DNA of 64,000 nucleotides from Candidatus Eiseniibacteriota bacterium (GTDB lineage Bacteria; Eisenbacteria; RBG-16-71-46): NCBI GenBank assembly GCA_963717505.1, contig OY970342.1, positions 3,904,001 to 3,968,000 of the forward strand, read 5' to 3'. Shown piece by piece: positions 20,130 to 30,575 of this stretch (position 1 is its first letter; each line of letters starts with the position of its first letter). The notes under the pieces were generated by a model. It saw only the letters and a program-made list of their open reading frames with translations, ran no database searches and was not told where the DNA came from. The position numbers and the translations under genes were made by a program.

Positions 20130-20435
20130 TCAAACCTTTGAATCGCGTGTCCCTTCGGTTCTTAATCGCTTGATGGCCGCCTCAATCCTTCCCCTAAGCG
20201 CCGGATCTGTCCTCCATTGTTCATCCGGAGGAATGTCGAACCCCATCGCGTGCAGATCTTTCACTACCTCACGAACGACACGGTGGGCCGACGGCGCCCC
20301 AAAATAATCGTCCCAGTCCCATCTACGCTCCTCGCCCCTGAGAAATCGCTCTAGCGCTTCCGCCATGCCTTCGGGTTCGATTCCACCAAAGATCTTGTCT
20401 CGCAGCTCTCTCAGCCACACGATTAGAGCTCGCAT
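20130..20435 (-). CDS. Putative immunity protein of the RHS toxin (101 aa)
   Basis: ATG overlaps toxin stop (TAATG); small ORF directly after RHS C-terminal tip. Confidence 0.7.
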   Translation of the reverse strand: MRALIVWLRELRDKIFGGIEPEGMAEALERFLRGEERRWDWDDYFGAPSAHRVVREVVKDLHAMGFDIPPDEQWRTDPALRGRIEAAIKRLRTEGTRDSKV

Positions 20436-23400
20436 TACTTGTATCCTGGCCACCATCGTGGCACAGGGATGTCGATCGGATGCCGCCACCAACCACCCTT
20501 ACCCGAGCCAATGGCCACGCGGAACGTTGGATGACCCAGCCCGCGAGACGCATCCCATCCCCATCCTACTCTAAACCACCGGTTCCTATTGAAGATCCCT
20601 CCCGGATTCCCCATACCCGATTTTCCAAACCTTCCGCCCCATCTCGGGTGGAAGTCCATCAGACCAATCGCAACGCCGGTCCATTGTCCCCTCCCGTATG
20701 CCCCTCCGCATGGATCGATCTCGTCCTGCACCTCGAAACTCTCTCGAGCCCATTTCGTAGCACTCCAGTCTGTGAACGGGACACCAGACACTGCATCTCC
20801 GACACCAGCGAAGTAGTCATCCCAATCATGTCGGTCGAGCCACATCGCCGGTCCGTCGATCACATCAATCCAATCAGTCCCGTACGGATCTATTGCATTC
20901 ACAGGGTTGTTTCCAACGTACGCGTAGAGGTTCACGTCACCCCCCGCAAAGCGAATGGGATCCTTCGTCGTCCACCGCCCGAAGTTCGGGTCGTAGTCGC
21001 GCGCGCCAAAACGTACGAGATCGGTCTGCCCATCCCACAAGCCGCCAGCGTACCCAAAGCACTGGAATCCCGGCGCCGAGTCGTCGGTAACCCGACCGTA
21101 GCTGTCGTAATCCAGGCGTTGTGCGATCGATCCAGTCGAAGCATTCACCACCAGGCGCACCGAGCCCAGGTGGTCCGAGATGATCCGGTACGTCGTCCCG
21201 CCCTTCACCACATAATCCGGGACATGCGCTCGCGTCCCATAGACGTACCGTGCCGCCAGATTCCCGTTGCCGTCGAACTCCGCCACAGGCTCCAGCTGGT
21301 CCTGATAGATCCAGCGGTGCGTTACTACGCCGTTGCGCTTGCGGACCACCCGGCGGTTGCGTCCATCAACCATGTACTCAGTGGAGTCCCCACTCGCAAG
21401 CTTGACCTTCAGCAGGTTCCCGAGGGCATCATAGGTGTACAGGCTCGGGGTCGAAAAGGCTTGAGATTGCAGGTCGCCCCCTGCCGAGTACGTGAACGTG
21501 GTGTTCCGATAGCGGAGCATGCGATCCTGGCCATCCACCGTCATGGTCGCCGAGTCTCCGGGCGCATCGTAGCGCACGCGGTTGCCGTTGCCGTCGTAGC
21601 CATAGCGCTCGGTGACCGTGCCGTTCACCGTCACTCGGACCAGGAATCCCGAGTCCGAGTAAACATAGTTGATCACTTTGGTGGTGCCGCTAATGGTCTC
21701 GGTCACTCCAGTGATCCGACCGACGGAATCGCGAGTATAGATCGCGTCGTAGAAAGGCGTGGCGCTGTACGACGCAGTACGTCGCCACAGGTCCCCTTGC
21801 CACGAGTAGCTCTCGCTGGTCGTGACGTTGCCAAGCGTCGTGCCGGATATGAGCCCGTTGTCAAGTCGACGGGCAATTGCTAGAGCACCCACCCCTTCAA
21901 GGAGCCCGTCGCTGTCATACGAATAGGCGACCATGTTCGCACCGTTGACTCTCTGGCTTGAGACCCTTAGGTCACGGTTGAGGGCAAATGACACGGTGTC
22001 TGTTACATGCCCCGTCCAGATCTCGCTAGTATCTACCGGCCCATAGTTTCCAAACGTGAGAAACACGCTGTCGGGCGAGGTGAGGGACGCCAGCTGACCG
22101 GCGGAAGAATACGAAGCCGTGAACTTGCCGCGGGCGATCGTGACCGAGTCGACCGTGCCGCCTGCCCCAAAGGCCAGCGCTACATTCTTTCCATCGGGGC
22201 GATAGATTCGCATCAGCTGCCGATCGGAATTGTACGCATACTGCGTGAGCGAGTGGGGAAGGCCCATTGGCGGAGGCCGATACTTGTCGACCAGATCTGT
22301 CGGTGTGTACTCGAACTGATGTTCGTGAGGCCCCGGAGGCGTAACGCCCATAAGATTGCTTGATGCATCTGGTTCGAGCCCCACGTCGCGGTTTCCGGGA
22401 AGTTTCACGCTCGTTAAGCGATCCGCGGTGTCGTAGGAGAGAGTGGTCATGATCCCCGAAGTGTCACGTACGACTGCCAGCCGGCCGCGAGCATCGTAGC
22501 CGTATCGCAGTCCCCGTCCTCCCTGGGTGCTCCGTTCAAGCCTCCCCTGTTCATAGTGGTAGATCCAGGGCGCCAACCCTGGAACGGTCATGGTCAGCGG
22601 TCGCCCAGCGGAATCAAGTGTCACAGTGGCCGTGCGGCCCCTTGGACTGCGCATGCGGACTATCAGGCTGTCGGAGTGAAACTCGACGCGGTGGGCGCTG
22701 TCACCGTTCACGCTGTCATTCTCCGCCCACTCCCCATGCGTGAACGGTGGATTGAACAACGTCGACATCCCGCGCTGTCGTTCGACTACCCGCGTCATTC
22801 CATTCGGCAGTCGGACTCGACTGCGTCGCGAGTAGGGCGCTACAAAGCCGAAACGCGGGTCCGCCCTCACGCTATCGACGGATGAGCCCCCATCGGGCCA
22901 AGACGCAAGGACCCTCATGTCCGAACTATCCGTTCGCACATAGCGGAGCCCCGCGGTCGTTATCTCGCGCTGCCTCGTAGAATTGAGCAGCTCGGTAACA
23001 TCGTAGGTAGTCATAACCCCAGCGCCAGTCGTCCTCGTAACCGTCCGTTTGAGCCCGTCATACGAAACCGCCAACTGTTCCGAAACCCCCGTCCCAGGCG
23101 GCCCCTCGTCCTCCCACAGTCGCCCGTCCGCTCCCCACGTGAATGTATGGACGTTGCCACGTGGATCTGTGAAGGTCTCGAGTAGTCCGTCAGATCTCGT
23201 CGTCAGTTCTATCGCGTTACCAAGCGTGTCCTCGACGCTCTCCAAGCGGCCGTTGCTATCCACTGTTAGCCTCGTCCGCTGCCCGAATGGCGCAAGGATC
23301 CCGATTGGGGCTCCGGTCCCTCCCCGCTGAATCTTGGTCGTAAGGCCGTTGACGTCCCGAATGGTGGATAGCCTCCCAGCCGCGTCATAACCGAACTCGT

Positions 23401-26400
23401 GGCGCACGGCACCGGTCATCGCATCACGCGTGTAGAGGTGCCGCCCTGCTGTGGTCCCGTTCCTCGCGAACACGTAGTACTCACTTCCATCGGCGCTGGC
23501 CACCACAACTTCGGGAGTGCCTTCGCCGGCAAATGGATTCCGCACAGTATATAGTCCGACATGCCGACTCCATGCAAACGTCTCATCAGGGGCGATCGCA
23601 ATCGCTTGGACATCAAAGCCGCGTAGACTCAGAAATGGCACCCCACCAGAAGTCGCATCGCTGAGTCCGCTGAACGGACTGGTGAAGCCAAGTTGCGACA
23701 ATGTACCGTCAGGCTCGCGTTTCATGAAATACCATCTGGTTTCGTCATTCATGACCGACGAGAACAACAGCATCCCTCTAGCGTTGGCGGTTAGTGTATG
23801 GATCCGATCCCCTGGCACGTCCGATTCCATAGCAATCGTGCTCAGCATCCCGTCAGGTGACACGCGTTTGATCCGACCCTTTTCGTTGATATATAGGTTG
23901 CCCTCACCATCGGCAGCAATGTCGAGCCCGTACATTATGCTGAGGCTGGTCGCAGCGCCTGTTGAGTCGTTTGAGTTGCCCAGCCCGTTACCGGCATAGT
24001 TCCTAATTATGCCATTGGGCCCAATTCTTCGAATACGAATGTTGCCAACGGCACCATAGTTGTAGCCATAGCGCCCGTTACTAACAAATAAGCTGCCGTC
24101 AGGTCCTAGGGCAATATCTCCCACGTAGCCCACCCACGCCTCCGATGCCGGTAGGCCGTCGCCTCCCCCTTCCGTTTCCCCAGGCTTGCCGCCGATTATC
24201 TTCCGGATCATGCCGCCTGGTGTGACCACGGCGACGATGGCTTCGTCCGGCTCCGACGAACGCCCCGCGGCCAGATAGACCGAGCCGTCAGGCCCGACCG
24301 CCAGGCCGTTGATCTGGTGGGGCAGCGCCGTTGCCGTGGCTGACCCATCACCCTGGTATGAGCCAGGATTGCCGTTTCCGGCGATTCGCGTAACCGTGCC
24401 ATTCGGGTCGACCCGAAGAACTGAGTTTCGACAATCATCACCAACGTACAGCTCGCCGCGAGGGCCGTAGGCAAGCGCGCGGGAGTCGTCGAGCTTCAAC
24501 GTAGCAACGGTCGCAGAGGGTGCACCTCCAGGGCAGTCGTCAGGATCATTGTACCTTCGGACTATCGGAGTTAGCTGCTCGCCGTCAATCACGGACCCGT
24601 CGCCGAGATAGACGATGCCTTTGCCAACATTGTCGTAGAAGTGATGGGGGCTTAGCGTCCAACCGCCCAGTCCCGCGTTGTCAGCACTTGGAGCACCGAG
24701 ATTCATTGACTGCCAGCTCCATGCGATCACGGGAATCTGCCGCAGCAGGGTCGCTTCTCCTAGGGCCGTACCACTTGCCGCAGGATCTCCCAGCGACTCC
24801 GACCCCGTTCCGCCGACTACCCACCGTCTGTACTCGTAGCCCACGCCAACCCTGGCGACGACAGAACTCGTAACCTCACGGTCGTACGCATCGCGCCCAT
24901 CCCAAGTCATCGTCACGGGTGGCGTGGCGAGGGTGATCGGACCCGGGACGATCTGATGGTACCGTCGCCCAGCCACGAGAAGCTCCACGTGTACCCTATA
25001 GAGACCGATTGGAATGCTTGACCCAACAACGGGAACTCGCACGCTGCGCATGACCTTATCGCCCGGGGCACGGAAGCTGCGATAGTTCAGGCTGTAGGGT
25101 GTGCCGAGCACGCCCAAACGCTGCCCAAGCGTACGGTCTTCACAATTGATGATCGAACCAGGTACTTCGCAGGGATTCGGCGTGTGGCGATCGCTGCGCG
25201 GGGGACCAGGCCCTCCGATCGGGGGCGGCAGATAGCGGACGTTGTAGTCTGCATTCGAAAATCGGTCAACGGGCATTCGCCAGAGAACATCCCCAGCATC
25301 ATACTGTGCAGACATCGCCTGCAGCTCGGCTGATGTAACTCCTAAGCTGTCAAGTCTGGCCTGGCCATCAACCAAAGAATCCCCATTTGAGTCAATCGTC
25401 ACCGTGCCTCCGTTGTCCGACAAGATGCGGACAACCCAGCCGTCCCTTACAGCCACCCATTTCGCTGAACGGCGATCGTAGAACCCATTCGGCACGGCGG
25501 TCCCGACCGGATAGTCGAGGAAGTTACGTACGTAGCAGATCACGGGGTTGGTGAATAGCACGTCTGGGACGGGGAGGTGCGGGGCCGTGCTCTGCCCAAT
25601 GGAATCCGCCTCATCGACGCTGAAGTCAATGCAGTACGTGTAGGAGCTCGAAGGCGGGAGTAGCGCAGGCATGCTCGAGGAGCCATCCTCACCGACCGTA
25701 TACTCCGTCAGCCGGAGTCGCATTTCACTCAATGAGGCGGTATCCCCTGGAGTACGGGCGATCTTCGCGGTTGTACCTGCGTGGAACAGCACTCGTATTT
25801 CGCGATCGCCGTTTAGGTCGGATGCAAAACGGCCGCGAACAACGGTCAATGCGTTGAGATAGACGGAAGTAAACTTCGAACTGCGTCCGACCAGGGCCAC
25901 ATCATCCACAATCGAGTAGTCGTTAGCTTGCGGATGCACGTTGCGCTGGATTTCCAAGAATCCCGCTTTCGTAAATCGAAGTGTCAGCTGGGATCCCCCA
26001 TTAACGACAAGGTCAAATCGCCCGTCTTATCGCGTGATGGCGTGTCCGTATTCTGGGTGGTTAAGGACGCGGACTGTGACATTCCCAACCGGACCGAAGT
26101 CCCTGGCTCTCACCTGACCACGCACGACCGCGGCGAACGCCGGGATAAACTTGGTGCTGTCGACGCCCAGTTGCACAGCACTGGCACCAGAGAAGAGGAA
26201 CCGCACGCCCTCATAGAACGCAGTCGTCGCTGTAACGGAGAATCCGGTTTCGTCGAGGGTCGAATCAGGCGGAGTGGGTTCGCCGGCCAGCGATCTGAAG
26301 ACGAGGCGCGTGAGTTCTCTCTTGTTGTTGGCTGCGTCGACCGCACGGCACACGATCCGATTCGTGCCTAGATCGAGCCGATAGTTCGATAGCGAGAAGC

Positions 26401-27565
26401 TGCCACCATAGCCCGTCGCAACAGCCTCCCCGTCCACCGTCACCGTCGTAAACGTGGAATCACGCCAAGTACCGGCGACTGTGATTAGTGAGTCTGCGGT
26501 TGAGGGTATTCCCTCGGATGGCGTCGTCACGGTGAGAGTGGGCGCCAGAGTGTCGCGTACGATCTGCTGCGTGACGGTCGTAGTCAGCCCAGCACTGTTC
26601 CGAATCGCCATTTGTGCTGAATACCGGCCGATGCCGGGCAGGGCAAAGGGCGTTGAGAACCCAGGGCTGGCCAGTATGCGCGGACCACTGTTCACGCTTA
26701 GGCTACACGGCGTTTGATCTACTACCTGACCGATCAACGACACCGATGCAGAGTTCGTGAAGAGGGTATCGGGTGCCGGCAAGGATAGGGTCACGGCCGG
26801 CGGTGTGTCGTCGATGGCTCGGAACTGCAACTTAAGGTAGGTGTTGACTGCACTTTGGTTGAGGATCTTGACGGTGTTGTTTACAAGCAGGGTGACGTTC
26901 TTCGTGGCCGTTGCCTTGCCTGTTCCAAACTCAGCGTTCGAGAGAACCTGAGTGCCGTTAAGCCAGACTTTGCCGCTCGTCACCCGGTTTGAGCCGTATC
27001 CAGAGCCGTTGATCATTCGAAGCATCCCCACGTCGGCGGCGTTGTCGGTGTCGACCGAGAAGCTTACCCACTGCGTGTCGGCCGGGACCAGCCGCGTGAA
27101 CTGCGTCCACGGGTAAACCTGGTAACTGGGGTCGGAGACGTGAACAACGCGCGCTGTCAGCCCGGTGCCTTCTGAGCCATAGAGACCAATCGTCAATGGG
27201 ATCGTTCCTGACGTCACATCGATGATGCGCTGCGTGTTCCCCAATGTTTGCTCGTTCTCGCCAACCCATTCTTGTTGATTGACGCTGACCCGAATCTTCG
27301 ATGCTCCGTTGTCACCAATGTCCAAGAGATAGCGACGCCCGAGCGTGTTGGAGACCTGGAACTGGTCACTGTAGAGCGTCCAGATCGGCGGGTCTGATTC
27401 GTTGAGAAAATAAGTCGGTCCGTGGACGATAGCCGTGTCGGTGAGTGCATCCGTTCGGACCACGGGCTGCTTTGGTTGTGCCCCCAGGGGCGCTGACGTA
27501 GGTCTCGCGGCGATTGCGACGAACGCGAGGCTGCCCAAAAGCAGGAGAAGCGCTCCGAATGCCAT
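20435..27565 (-). CDS. Secreted teneurin-like RHS/YD-repeat protein (signal peptide, Ig-like, TTR/FN-plug, NHL propeller, YD shell, RHS core, toxin tip); one in-frame TAA at 26027-26029
   Basis: ORFs 26027..27619 and 20435..25957 are in one frame; NHL repeats, YD repeats, DHLGS, FGARDYDP..GRW..KDP, NLYAYVGNNPVNAIDPYG. Confidence 0.88.
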
Positions 27566-27658
27566 CCAGGAACGCACGCGAGGGATGTCGAACCTAGTCA
27601 CGGACACCCTCGCGTGCAAATGAGTGTTTTGTTCGAAGGGGCTTCAATGAGCGGTTCC

Positions 27659-29575
27659 TTAGCGGACGACAGGGAGTTTGACCACCCGCATCTGGGCTCC
27701 CTGCGAAAGGCGGAAGAAGTACATCCCGGACGCGATACGCGAAGGCAGACTCACGCTCACGCGGTGTTCTCCTGGCTCCAGCCCATGGAGCGACTCCCGT
27801 CGAACCCTCCGGCCCTGGATGTCGATGATCTCGTACTGCGGGTCGGCGCCGCGCGGCAGGCTGAAGCTGAGGTCCAAGCTCCGCGCGGTGGCGTCGTAGC
27901 GGGCCCACATAAGTGTCAGGACCGCGGGCGCGACGGGAATCAAGAGCTCGACCGGAGCGAAGAAGACTTTCGCCTGGGACCGCCGCAGCACCACACGGTA
28001 CTCGACTCGCGCACCCTCCGGTGCCGCTTCATCGACGTGCCGGATGTACCCGCTGTCCTGAACCGTTAGAGCAGACAGGGCTTCCCAATCGCTCGGCTGA
28101 ATGCGGCGCTCGATGGCAAGCGTTCCAATAAGCGGCTCGAAGCTCTGCCACGCCAGCCGAGCCTTCCCGGGAGTCGCCTTGGCTTCGCGCACGCGGAGCG
28201 AACGACTGGGTTCTGCCCGCCTCGCCGAAAGCAGCCCCGCCACCGAGAGCGAGTCTGACGTCATCCAAGAGACGACCATCCCGCCGGCGCCATCCGAGGT
28301 TGCGACGACACCGTATTCGTCACCGGCCTCCGCGCTCACGGCGACGCCGTTCTCGGCCCATCCATGCTCACCTGCTGCGGTGATCCGCTGGGCGTGGACA
28401 TCGCTGCCCGTCTCGCCGCGGAAGTCCTCCCAGACGACGAATGCTCCACCTGAGCCGTCCGAGACGAGACTTGGAGCGAAGAATCCGGCGCCGACTCCGG
28501 TAGCGGCCGCAGCTGAAGTCCACTGCGGCGCGGGCGTTCTATCCCCTCCGATGCGTTGAACCTGGACCCTGGCTGAGGACGGTCCGCGGGCCGTCCAGGC
28601 CACGACGTAGCCGGAGGAGTCGGGAAGCACGGCCGGGTCCGAGAGTCGTTCGCCGCTTGCACCGGCAGCAATGACCGTTGGCCTCGTCATGGTGTCGGGT
28701 GGTGAGCTGGCCGAAAGCCGTCGGGCAAGAATTTGCTCCGCGCCAAGGCCATCCTCCGACCGCCAAACCACTAGGATGGAGCCGCTTGCGGAGCTGGAAA
28801 CCGCGGGGGCACTGCTCGTTCCCTCGGCCCCTTCGATGGCCGCGCCGCCAGGCGACCAACCGGATCGTGGAGTGCCAGTTCCATCGACGTTGAGCGCATA
28901 GACGCGAAGTGCCCCGTCGCGACGGTCTTGCCACGCGATCAAGGCCCCGCCCATACCGTCCGCTGCGATCGAGGGCTGAAGCTGATCTGCACCGCCCTCG
29001 GCGATTAGAAGGCCATCCTCAAGCCAGCCCTCGGCAGGAGCGGCACTCGCCGTGATGCGCTGGAGGTAGAGATCAGCCGATTGCCCGCTGCGAAAGTCCT
29101 GCCACACCGCAAACACGCCGCCGGAACCATCGGGAGCAAGCGCGACGTTGTACTGGGACAGTTCCGCCCGGCAGACGGCGAGCCCGCCATAGGGCCAGCC
29201 GTCGGCGATCTCACCGGTGCCGGTGATCCGCTGGAGATAGATGTCCCCGAAGATGGTTCGGTAATCGACCCACGCGACATACGATCCGATGGCGCCATCG
29301 CTGGCGAGCTGCTGCGCCACTTCCTCGAGTGCGATGCCGTGGCGCGTGCTGTCCGGCTGCCAGGTCGTGTCCGCCAGCCCTGAGGACGTAATGCGTTTCA
29401 CGAAACGAAGAACGGTTCGGCCGGTTAGGGGATCGACGCAGGGAAGCAGGGCCGATTCAACCGTCGACGAGGAGTCGACCGGGGTGTCGCCCGCACGTGC
29501 GTGGCCAGCCATCGGCGGCGCTGTGGCCGCGAGGACCGCGACAAGAAGCCAAGAACTTCCGACGGATCGCATCAT
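27659..29575 (-). CDS. Secreted repeat protein with T9SS-like/FlgD-Ig C-terminal domain
   Basis: Signal peptide; repeats DGxGG..(V/A)W.D.R...D(I/L)Y.QR; C-terminus DIQGRRV...ASGMYFFRL. Confidence 0.75.
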   Translation of the reverse strand: MMRSVGSSWLLVAVLAATAPPMAGHARAGDTPVDSSSTVESALLPCVDPLTGRTVLRFVKRITSSGLADTTWQPDSTRHGIALEEVAQQLASDGAIGSYVAWVDYRTIFGDIYLQRITGTGEIADGWPYGGLAVCRAELSQYNVALAPDGSGGVFAVWQDFRSGQSADLYLQRITASAAPAEGWLEDGLLIAEGGADQLQPSIAADGMGGALIAWQDRRDGALRVYALNVDGTGTPRSGWSPGGAAIEGAEGTSSAPAVSSSASGSILVVWRSEDGLGAEQILARRLSASSPPDTMTRPTVIAAGASGERLSDPAVLPDSSGYVVAWTARGPSSARVQVQRIGGDRTPAPQWTSAAAATGVGAGFFAPSLVSDGSGGAFVVWEDFRGETGSDVHAQRITAAGEHGWAENGVAVSAEAGDEYGVVATSDGAGGMVVSWMTSDSLSVAGLLSARRAEPSRSLRVREAKATPGKARLAWQSFEPLIGTLAIERRIQPSDWEALSALTVQDSGYIRHVDEAAPEGARVEYRVVLRRSQAKVFFAPVELLIPVAPAVLTLMWARYDATARSLDLSFSLPRGADPQYEIIDIQGRRVRRESLHGLEPGEHRVSVSLPSRIASGMYFFRLSQGAQMRVVKLPVVR

Positions 29576-29662
29576 GCGAACCCGAACCCCGGAGGTGGCC
29601 CAGTCTAGGCTTGCGGTAGTGGCTCGGGCACGAGGGAGGGAATCCGTTCCCGAGGCAGGGCC

Positions 29663-29690
29663 ACCATAGGCAGCTGAAACGTGAAGTCAA
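29663..29690 (-). promoter_or_regulatory. Putative sigma70 promoter just inside the island right end
   Basis: TTGACT-N16-TATGGT with upstream A-tract. Confidence 0.55.
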
Positions 29691-29723
29691 GTGATTGGTT
29701 TTTTCCGACTGCACCCGGAGAAC

Positions 29724-30560
29724 TCACACTGAAACGCCGTGCTCCCGAAGCGCCTGGTTGAGCGAGGTCTTGAGATCGGTCGACTCGCGACGCTGGCCGA
29801 TGATCAGGGCGCACGGCGTGCCGAACTCGCCGGCCGGAAATCTCTTGAGCTGTGAACCGGGAATGACCACCGCACGCTCGGGAATCTCGCCCTTGAATGT
29901 GCGCGGCTCGCTGCCGGTGACGTCGACGATCGGCGTCGACGCGGTGAGCACGACCCCGGCGCCGAGCACCGCACCCCGCCGCACCCGCACACCCTCGACC
30001 ACGATCGCACGCGAGCCGACGAAGGCGTCGTCCTCGACGATCACCGGCCGGCTCTGTGGCGGCTCGAGCACGCCGCCGATCCCGACGCCGCCCGACAGGT
30101 GGACGCGCTTCCCGATCTGGGCGCACGAGCCGACCGTCGCCCAGGTGTCGACCATCGTGCCTTCGCCGACCCGCGCGCCGATGTTCACGTATGCCGGCAT
30201 CACGATCACGCCGGGCTCGAGGAAGCTGCCGTAGCGCGCGATCCCCGGAGGCACCACGCGCACACCGGCGGCCGCCAGGCCGTGCTTGGTCGGGATCTTG
30301 TCGTGGAACTCGATCGGGCCGACCTCGAACGTGCTCGACACCCGCATGCGAAAGTAGAGACCGATCGCTTGCTGCAGCCAGCCGTGGGTCACCCAGTCGT
30401 CGCCCGTGGGCTCGGCCACGCGCAGATCACCCGCGTCGAGCCCGGCGATCGCGCCCTCGACCGCGCCGCGCACCGCCGGCTCGTCGAGCGGACGGCGCCC
30501 GTCCCAGGCTTCGTCGATGGTCGCGCGCCAGCGCGCCACCGGGTATTCGGTCACCGTCAT
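29724..30560 (-). CDS. dapD: Tetrahydrodipicolinate N-succinyltransferase
   Basis: LDAGDLRVAE, FHDKIP, VRVVPP, MVDTWATVGSCAQIG, GVLEP, KTSLN. Confidence 0.96.
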   Translation of the reverse strand: MTVTEYPVARWRATIDEAWDGRRPLDEPAVRGAVEGAIAGLDAGDLRVAEPTGDDWVTHGWLQQAIGLYFRMRVSSTFEVGPIEFHDKIPTKHGLAAAGVRVVPPGIARYGSFLEPGVIVMPAYVNIGARVGEGTMVDTWATVGSCAQIGKRVHLSGGVGIGGVLEPPQSRPVIVEDDAFVGSRAIVVEGVRVRRGAVLGAGVVLTASTPIVDVTGSEPRTFKGEIPERAVVIPGSQLKRFPAGEFGTPCALIIGQRRESTDLKTSLNQALREHGVSV

Positions 30561-30575
30561 CCGTTCACCCTCCCA

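Larger units (their letters stand above)
17670..29715. mobile_element. Genomic island with tyrosine recombinase, bounded by 8-bp inverted repeats GGTGCAGT/ACTGCACC
   Basis: GGTGCAGT at 17670-17677 and ACTGCACC at 29708-29715 (9 bp past dapD stop); visibly more AT-rich and different codon usage; recombinase and toxin cargo. Confidence 0.65.

Noticed and set aside
19828-20307. 159-aa + strand ORF across the putative switch
   Set aside because: Overlaps the immunity gene antisense, no motif, no RBS
26027-26029. Recoding (Sec/Pyl/alternative code) at in-frame stops
   Set aside because: Codon is TAA, which ends other genes here normally; the TAG at 56176 sits in an error-rich block
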